From Alphaproteobacteria bacterium (GTDB lineage: Bacteria; Pseudomonadota; Alphaproteobacteria; Rs-D84): DNA of 64,000 nucleotides. The translations under genes and the position numbers were made by a program. Below are positions 50,181 through 56,527 of this stretch, piece after piece. The stretch is taken from positions 135,781 to 199,780 of the forward strand of contig JAFWJF010000002.1 in the NCBI GenBank assembly GCA_017511715.1, read 5' to 3'. The first letter of the stretch is position 1; each line of letters starts with the position of its first letter. A model generated the notes under the pieces. The model saw only the letters and a program-made list of their open reading frames with translations. It ran no database searches and had not been told where the DNA came from.

Positions 50181-50993
50181 TTATCTTGAATCGCGACCTT
50201 GTGATATTACAATATTATTATCATTCGATTTGTTCAACTTTGCTGTTGCCTTGCGGAATATTTCTGCTATAAAAAATTTCTTTTCAAATATACCTTTTAA
50301 TACTGCTTTATCTTCGTCTGAAAAAGCTTTTGCTGTCAATATTGTTGGCATGTTTTCCCGGATTGATTTTACCAGTTGTTTATTCATGCTATCTTTCACT
50401 ATGTCTTGTAATTTTTGTGCGATTTTCTGTTTGTCGTTAGCAGGTGTATTAACATATGTGAACAATATCAATTTTACCAAATTTGACATATCTTTATCCT
50501 GTTTGTTCCAAGCAATTTTTTTTGCCACTGATAATATTTGGTACCTTGTTGTCAAAGGCATTTCTTTTGGTAATTTAGTCTGTGAAAAATAAGGATCGTT
50601 CACAAATTTTTCAACAGCACCACTTTCAAAACCTTTGATTGTTTCCAGTTCTTCTTTTGCATATCTAAATACATTTTCTATCTCTGCTAATTGTTTTGAT
50701 GTCTCGTCAGACATTTTCCATTGTTCTGCAGATAAGGATGATTTATCGATTGACATAGAATCGCGTTGCAATTTGATAAACTCTGATTTAATGGGGCCAT
50801 CAAAAAGATGTTCCATCTTAGATTCCAAAGAAATCAATTCTTCAAAGGACATTTGTGAGTACGGTGACTCTTTGCTGTTTTTGTTGTTTTTTCGTATGCT
50901 TTCAAAAGAAGCCCCTAAAGTTTCTTGCGCTTTAGATTTTAAATCTTGAATTCTTTTTATTATTTCTTCGATAGTAAATTTTTGATCTGCCAT
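50181..50993 (-). CDS. hypothetical cytoplasmic alpha-helical protein
   Basis: 270-aa ORF with no signal peptide. Flanked by the att-like repeats. Confidence 0.45.
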   Translation of the reverse strand: MADQKFTIEEIIKRIQDLKSKAQETLGASFESIRKNNKNSKESPYSQMSFEELISLESKMEHLFDGPIKSEFIKLQRDSMSIDKSSLSAEQWKMSDETSKQLAEIENVFRYAKEELETIKGFESGAVEKFVNDPYFSQTKLPKEMPLTTRYQILSVAKKIAWNKQDKDMSNLVKLILFTYVNTPANDKQKIAQKLQDIVKDSMNKQLVKSIRENMPTILTAKAFSDEDKAVLKGIFEKKFFIAEIFRKATAKLNKSNDNNIVISQGRDSR

Positions 50994-51120
50994 ATTGTGT
51001 TCCTTTTTGTTCGTATTTACTTAAATTATATCATAAAAAGTTCGAGAAATCACCAAAAATATCGTTTTTCAAAATTGGTTAGTTCGAACTCGTTGTAAGT
51101 ATTAGAAAACAAAACAAAAA

Positions 51121-51165
51121 CCGCTCTTAATGAGCGGTTTGAACTCTCTGGTCGGGGCGAAGGCC
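51121..51165. repeat. hairpin plus tRNA-Pro 3'-end-like fragment (copy i)
   Basis: ccgctcttaatgagcgg tttgaactctctggtcggggcgaagg. The last 18 nt match the tRNA-Pro acceptor/T-arm 3' segment. Confidence 0.65.
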
Positions 51166-51310
51166 TCCTCGATACGCAATAATAAAAATCTATAAAAACT
51201 CGTATCTACAAACTCCGTTTTTATGATTTTTCTAATTGTGTATTCTCGTATTGGTCATGCGCAACTGCGTTGCTCTGACCGATCCTTTCGCCACTTTTAG
51301 AGAAAATTAA

Positions 51311-51362
51311 AACCACCACAAAAGTGGCGGTTTGAATTTTCTGGTCGGGGCGAAAGGATTGT
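51311..51362. repeat. hairpin plus tRNA-Pro 3'-end fragment (copy ii; 20/20 nt identical to the tRNA 3' end)
   Basis: ccaccacaaaagtggcgg tttgaattttctggtcggggcgaaaggatt. Confidence 0.7.
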
Positions 51363-51531
51363 TCCGCTTCGCTTCACTCCCTTGGCTCATTCGCTCCGCT
51401 CACCGGCATACTCTCGTCTGCCTTTCGCCTGCGGGTCGAACCTTCTTCCCGAATGTTCTTTGAATCCTTTCGCTCAGAACTTAAAAGATATAATAAAAAA
51501 CACCGCATAAAGCGGTCTTTCTTATTATATC

Positions 51532-51608
51532 TGGTCGGGGCGAAAGGATTCGAACCTTCGACACCTTGGTCCCAAACCAAGTACTCTACCAGACTGAGCT
51601 ACACCCCG
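51532..51608 (-). tRNA. tRNA-Pro (anticodon UGG)
   Basis: Rev-comp CGGGGTGTAGCTCAGTCTGGTAGAGTACTTGGTTTGGGACCAAGGTGTCGAAGGTTCGAATCCTTTCGCCCCGACCA. Anticodon loop UUUGGGA, T-loop GGTTCGAATCC, encoded CCA. Confidence 0.85.
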
Positions 51609-51693
51609 AAAACGAGAGTTATTATATACTTATTTTTCCAAAAAGCAAATATATTTTATTGAAATTTATTGTTATGGGTATAGTATTAGCGAC

Positions 51694-52518
51694 ATGACTC
51701 AAAAATATTCTCTTCATACACATACAATCGGTTTTGATGGTCGTGATTCTGTCCAAACCATGGTTAATTGCTCCCGTCAACTGGGATTTAATACGATTGG
51801 TATTTCTAACCACTTTATTGTAAATGCAGATATTAAAAATTCCAAAATGTATTCTTTTGCGATTCGTGGGGGATATGACACTATATATTCCGAATCGTTT
51901 GATGAAGTGTTGACACGATTTATCCCGCATTACGAAGAATTAGAGCGCATCCAAGAACTAAACAAAAATACCCGAATCTTGCGTGGGATGGAAGTTGACT
52001 TTTTCAATATTCCAAAGTGGCGTTATGGATTTGAACGAATTTTAGGGATATTAACGCCAGATTATTTAATAGGTTCTGCACATTTTATAGAATACGATGG
52101 GAAAATCTTGAATATGCATGACCTGGAAAAATCAAGCCCAGATATCCAAGATTTGTTGTTGCAAAAATATTGGAAGAATGTTGCAGTGGCGGCAGAATCT
52201 GGCTTGTTTACATGGATGGCACATCTCGATTTGCCGAAAAAAGTTGGACTTGGGCGTGATAAAAAATGGGCAGAATATGAAAACATGGCGGTAGAGGCAA
52301 TTGCAAAATCGGGGACAGCGATTGAAATAAACACTTCTTTTTATAAGCCCGATTGTTATGAACCATATCCGTCAAATCGTATCTTGAAAATGGTTGCGAA
52401 AAATAATGTTCCTGTGTTGTTAAGCGATGACGCACATAACGCCAAAGATTTAGGGCGTAATTTTGATGAAGCTAGTCAATTAATCAAATATATGAATTTG
52501 CGAACTTTCAGTAGATAA
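51694..52518 (+). CDS. PHP-domain phosphoesterase (histidinol-phosphatase HisK-like)
   Basis: LHTHTIGFDGRDS (HxH motif), plus downstream His/Asp ligands (GSAHF, AHLDLP, SDDAHN). Confidence 0.6.
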   Translation: MTQKYSLHTHTIGFDGRDSVQTMVNCSRQLGFNTIGISNHFIVNADIKNSKMYSFAIRGGYDTIYSESFDEVLTRFIPHYEELERIQELNKNTRILRGMEVDFFNIPKWRYGFERILGILTPDYLIGSAHFIEYDGKILNMHDLEKSSPDIQDLLLQKYWKNVAVAAESGLFTWMAHLDLPKKVGLGRDKKWAEYENMAVEAIAKSGTAIEINTSFYKPDCYEPYPSNRILKMVAKNNVPVLLSDDAHNAKDLGRNFDEASQLIKYMNLRTFSR

Positions 52519-52548
52519 AAAATGCCCGATTGGGCATTTTTTATTTGT
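52519..52548. terminator. bidirectional rho-independent terminator
   Basis: AAAAATGCCCgattGGGCATTTTTTA. Confidence 0.7.
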
Positions 52549-53626
52549 TTGTTAATTGTAATTCAATTCGGCGATTAAGTTGCATGCTTTTTGCATCTTT
52601 GCCTTGGGCAATCGGGTACATGTCCCCAAAACCAGATGGAATCAACCTTTGTACGGAAACGCCATTTTTTATCAATTCGTCTGCGACAGATGCCGCGCGC
52701 AACAATGATAATTGCATGTTATTCCAATAGGCTTTTGTCCCGGGAATAACAAGTCTGCTGTCGGTATGTCCGTCAATACGAACAATCCAATCAATATCTT
52801 TTGGAATTTTGTTTTCCAAGCCTTTGATAAGGTCTGCCAGTATTTTTATCTGTTTTTTTCCGGCATTAGATATTTTATAAGAACCACTGCCGAACAAAAT
52901 ATCGCTTGATAATATAAATCTGTCACCTTCTGGTTTTATGCCCGTGGTTTCGCCCTGTCCCAGTGCGGTTTTTACTTGCTTGTAAAAATCTGATTGGTAT
53001 TGAGCCAACGAATTTAATTCTGCCACTTTTTCCGCAAGTGCTTTGTTTAACCGATTTGACATTTGCGTATATTCTGTTTCTTGTTCTTTGGCCCGTTGTT
53101 CTGCCGCGCGAAGTTGGCTTTCTAATTCGGTGATACGGGCGTTCAATTCAGACTGTTTTTTACTCATTTCATCATTAAGTTCGTGACGTTCAGATTCCAG
53201 TCGTGCCATTTCAGTCTTTGCCGCGTTTGCCAATTGCAGTTGTTCTGTTAACGCTGCGATTTGTGCCGCCAGTTGTTCTTGTTGAACGGTCAAGGCACTG
53301 ATTTGGTCTTCATAGGCATTCGCCAGTTTCATTTGGTTTTCTATTTGTCCTTCTTGGTTTTCCAGTGCATCACGCGCCGCCAGTAATAATTGTTCTGCTT
53401 CCTGTTTATCGGCGTTCATTTGTTCGATTTGTTCAGCCTGGGCTTGTTTTGCTTGTTCCAATTCAGCAACTTTCTTTGCACCGGTGTTTTTATTAAATAC
53501 ACTGGTTGTTGTCCACAAGAACACAAATACGATAAGCAAGAATATTAAAATGATAACCAGGTTAGAAAACAAATCTACAAACCCTGGCCATGCGTTAGTT
53601 CTTTCTTTGAATCGAGTGTTTAACAT
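52541..53626 (-). CDS. MotB/OmpA-like stator subunit with ~200-aa periplasmic coiled coil
   Basis: N-terminal TM LVIILIFLLIVFVFLW, a long Q/E/A-rich coiled coil, and a C-terminal OmpA_C-like domain ...IVRIDGHTDSR...QLSLLRAASVADELIKNGVSVQRL... Confidence 0.65.
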   Translation of the reverse strand: MLNTRFKERTNAWPGFVDLFSNLVIILIFLLIVFVFLWTTTSVFNKNTGAKKVAELEQAKQAQAEQIEQMNADKQEAEQLLLAARDALENQEGQIENQMKLANAYEDQISALTVQQEQLAAQIAALTEQLQLANAAKTEMARLESERHELNDEMSKKQSELNARITELESQLRAAEQRAKEQETEYTQMSNRLNKALAEKVAELNSLAQYQSDFYKQVKTALGQGETTGIKPEGDRFILSSDILFGSGSYKISNAGKKQIKILADLIKGLENKIPKDIDWIVRIDGHTDSRLVIPGTKAYWNNMQLSLLRAASVADELIKNGVSVQRLIPSGFGDMYPIAQGKDAKSMQLNRRIELQLTNK

Positions 53627-53651
53627 TGTTTTCCCTCTCTCTTTTTATTTT

Positions 53652-54800
53652 TTAATTGTTTGTTTTGAACAAATAATCGATTGCTGTTCCAATGTATCTG
53701 GAATAAGCATCAAAAAGTTGTCTGTCTTTCTTGGTCTTTGGCAAAGTATTTGGGTGCGCCATTAAGTATTGATGCAGGGCGTTGGTGTTGTTAAAACGTG
53801 TAATGCCATCGCCTAAATCTATATTTTTCCCAGAAACACAAATTATTTTCAGGTTGATATTTACGCCTTCTAATGTATCGGCAAAGCATAATTCGATGCG
53901 TTTCAGAACATTTTGTAAAACGTCTGCATCGTTATTAAGTGTCGCGATAAACATTTTTTCACCCGAACCAATTGCAACAAGTGCAGGATATTTTCCGTCA
54001 ATTCTTATCAAATCACGAACAACATATTTGGCATCTATGAATGCATCGTGAATCTGGGAAATCTTGGTGAAAGTATCCGCGCTTACAGGTGCGCTTTCTG
54101 CGACTTTTGCTATATTTATGTTGTTCGTTGGGTTTTGCAATACGTATTGCGACATGAAATCAGTTAATTCTTGGAATATTGTATTTTGTGCAAACTGTAA
54201 TTGCAGCCCAAGAAAGCCCACCACCAAACTTCCTGCCAGACCAAGCAAAGAACTGGTGAACGCGGTTGCCATACCTGATAACGGTCCCGCCATGGCGATT
54301 TGCATGTTTTGCAGTAATTCTGGGTCATCAAAATCGATAGCCATCAATAATTCTGCGAAGCCACCAACCGTCACAATCAGTCCCCAAAATGTGCCAAGCA
54401 GACCTAAGAATATTAAAGTATTTGTTATATATCGCACAGAATCACGTTTGTCTTCGATTCGGATGCTGACCAAATCAAGCAGTTCTGACATGGTGTTCGT
54501 TGTAATATGTATATGGCGGTTGTGTAATGCCATTGAAATAGGGCGTAATAATTTCGGGGTATATCCGTAATCTGCGCGACCTGCGAAATATGCGTGCAAC
54601 CACTTATATTCCGGCAAAAGCCCAAACATGCTTAAAAAACAAAGCCCGATTCCAAACAAGGTTGTGCCAATAATGATTCCGTTCAATATAATATTAGTTA
54701 TCGCGATATTGAATACTGTCTGCCAGAAAACCACCGCAAAAGCCAGCAAAACTGCGGTAAATATCGACATTATGTTAAGATTTCTGTGAAATCGTTTCAT
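53652..54800 (-). CDS. MotA/TolQ/ExbB proton-channel family protein with extra C-terminal ~150-aa domain
   Basis: TM helices and ...LGLLGTFWGLIVTVGGFAELL..., ...AMAGPLSGMATAFTSSLLGLAGSLVVGFLGLQL (MotA/ExbB signature), followed by a soluble C-terminal region. Confidence 0.65.
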   Translation of the reverse strand: MKRFHRNLNIMSIFTAVLLAFAVVFWQTVFNIAITNIILNGIIIGTTLFGIGLCFLSMFGLLPEYKWLHAYFAGRADYGYTPKLLRPISMALHNRHIHITTNTMSELLDLVSIRIEDKRDSVRYITNTLIFLGLLGTFWGLIVTVGGFAELLMAIDFDDPELLQNMQIAMAGPLSGMATAFTSSLLGLAGSLVVGFLGLQLQFAQNTIFQELTDFMSQYVLQNPTNNINIAKVAESAPVSADTFTKISQIHDAFIDAKYVVRDLIRIDGKYPALVAIGSGEKMFIATLNNDADVLQNVLKRIELCFADTLEGVNINLKIICVSGKNIDLGDGITRFNNTNALHQYLMAHPNTLPKTKKDRQLFDAYSRYIGTAIDYLFKTNN

Positions 54801-54982
54801 GTGTTTTTATCTCTCGTTATACAAATCTTAGTAAAATTTTTGTGGGCATGTCAACACTGTTTTATGGGTATATATATAAGCATGTATTAAAAAGACTTGA
54901 TTTTTTGCAAAAAATCTTCATAATAGGTCTGTTCCTGCTGATGACATGGGGTTGTCGGCTGTTATAAACCAAAGGAAATAAA

Positions 54983-55324
54983 ATGGCTTATTATGAAAGC
55001 GTCCTGGTATTTCGTCAGGACTTGACCGAACCGCAGGTAAAAGAAAAAGCGGATAAATTTGCAAAAATTATCAAAGAATTAGGTGGCGATGTTAAATCTA
55101 CTGAATTTTGGGGCTTGAAAAATTTGGCTTACATCATTCGTAAAAACCGCAAGGCACACTATGTAATGATGAACATTGAATTAGACGGTTCTCAAATCAC
55201 AGAATTGGAACGCCGTTCCCGTATTGACGAAGATGTTATTCGTTTCCTTAACGTTCGCGTTGAAGAATTGTCAAAAACACCTTCCGTTATGATGAAGAAA
55301 AATACAGAAGAAGAGGTGGCATAA
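54983..55324 (+). CDS. rpsF: 30S ribosomal protein S6
   Basis: [50 protein letters not shown]... Confidence 0.9.
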   Translation: MAYYESVLVFRQDLTEPQVKEKADKFAKIIKELGGDVKSTEFWGLKNLAYIIRKNRKAHYVMMNIELDGSQITELERRSRIDEDVIRFLNVRVEELSKTPSVMMKKNTEEEVA

Positions 55325-55551
55325 TGGCAGTACGTGCAGCAATTTATCGTAAAAAATCTAACCCATTAAAGGGCAAGGTTATTGATTATAAAGATGTGAA
55401 ATTATTGTCGCATTACATCACAGAACGTGGAAAAATTGTTCCATCTCGTATTTCCGGGGTATCTCAGAAAGATCAACGTGCTTTGGCGACAGCCATTAAA
55501 CGTGCACGTCATTTGGGGTTGATGCCATTTGTAAGAAACAATTTGGGTTAA
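55324..55551 (+). CDS. rpsR: 30S ribosomal protein S18
   Basis: ...[50 protein letters not shown]. Start overlaps the rpsF stop. Confidence 0.9.
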   Translation: MAVRAAIYRKKSNPLKGKVIDYKDVKLLSHYITERGKIVPSRISGVSQKDQRALATAIKRARHLGLMPFVRNNLG

Positions 55552-55579
55552 TCTCTAACTTGAAAAAAGGACAGATAAA

Positions 55580-56167
55580 ATGAAAGTAATCTTAACAGAA
55601 AAAATTACAAAATTGGGTAATATCGGCGATACAGTTGAAGTAAAAACTGGTTATGCGCGTAATTACCTTTTGCCAAATAACAAAGCAATTCGTTTCACAA
55701 AAGAAAATGTTGCATTGTTCGAAGCAAAGAAAGCAGAATTGGTTGCGCGTCATGAAAAAGCAAAGAAAGACGCTGAATCAAAAGTTGAAGCAGTTAAAAA
55801 TGCTAAATTGCACATGATTCGTCAGGCGGGAGATACAGGTCAACTGTATGGTTCGGTATCTTCGCGCGATATCGCACGCGAATTGAAAGAAGTTGCTGGC
55901 GTTAGTGTTGAATCTGCCCAGGTTATGTTGGGTTCGCCAATTAAATCTGTTGGTGCGTTTGATACAAAAATCGCTTTGCATCCAGATGTTATTGTTGATG
56001 TAAAGATTTATGTTGCACAAACACAAGACGAAATTGATGCGTTGGTCGCAGGTAAAAAATTAACTTTCGGTACAAAGAAAGTTGAAGAAGAAGCAACAGC
56101 GGAACCAGCAAAAGAAGAAGTTAAGGAAGCAGCATCCGAAGAAAAATCAGAAGAAGTTGCAGAATAA
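55580..56167 (+). CDS. rplI: 50S ribosomal protein L9
   Basis: MKVILTEKITKLGNIGDTVEVKTGYARNYLLPNNKAIRFTKEN..., acidic C-terminal extension. Confidence 0.9.
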   Translation: MKVILTEKITKLGNIGDTVEVKTGYARNYLLPNNKAIRFTKENVALFEAKKAELVARHEKAKKDAESKVEAVKNAKLHMIRQAGDTGQLYGSVSSRDIARELKEVAGVSVESAQVMLGSPIKSVGAFDTKIALHPDVIVDVKIYVAQTQDEIDALVAGKKLTFGTKKVEEEATAEPAKEEVKEAASEEKSEEVAE

Positions 56168-56185
56168 TTTCTGTTATTGTGAATT

Positions 56186-56216
56186 AAAACACCCACAATC
56201 GTGGGTGTTTTTTTGT
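56186..56216 (+). terminator. rho-independent terminator (same hairpin as 18572..18606)
   Basis: AAAACACCCACAATCGTGGGTGTTTTTTTG. Confidence 0.7.
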
Positions 56217-56520
56217 TGTGATAATTCCAGAGATTAATTCCCCACCTGGTGCGGGGAGGGTGCCAATAAATATTGTGTATCAAGGGAAACCTCCCTCCCG
56301 TCCTTCGGACGTACTCCCCCCAAGGGGAGAATTGAAAGTTCTCCTCCTGTGGAGGAGTACCCGCAGGGGGAGGTGGTCTTTTATAAAAAACTTGGCAATC
56401 CGCCCCGTCACCTTCGGAGTCCCCCCGGGCGGGGAATTATCTCCCCACAAAAGGTGAGAATCAGATCCCTAACAAAGGGATGAAGCGCAATTTCCCCTAG
56501 CGTGTTTTTTTCTTTGGGGC
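56217..56520. other. GC-rich, hairpin-dense ~300-bp element (candidate structured ncRNA or REP-like cluster)
   Basis: At least five perfect short hairpins: CTCCTCCtgtGGAGGAG, CTCCCCccaaGGGGAG, CGTCCttcgGGACG and CACCttcgGAGTC (two C-UUCG-G loops), ATCCCTaacaaAGGGAT. GC content is clearly above the surroundings. The Pro-rich ORF 56218..56457 is judged an artefact. Confidence 0.4.
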
Positions 56521-56527
56521 GGTTTTC

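Noticed and set aside
52541-54800. Assignment of the MotA/MotB-like pair to the Zorya anti-phage system
   Set aside because: ZorA typically has a very long (>500 aa) tail and the accessory genes zorC/zorD are absent. Only a generic stator-like call is justified.
56218-56457. 79-aa Pro/Gly/Arg-rich ORF
   Set aside because: It falls entirely within the GC-rich hairpin-dense element. Its composition simply mirrors the GC runs, and it has no RBS or recognisable fold, so it is treated as non-coding.
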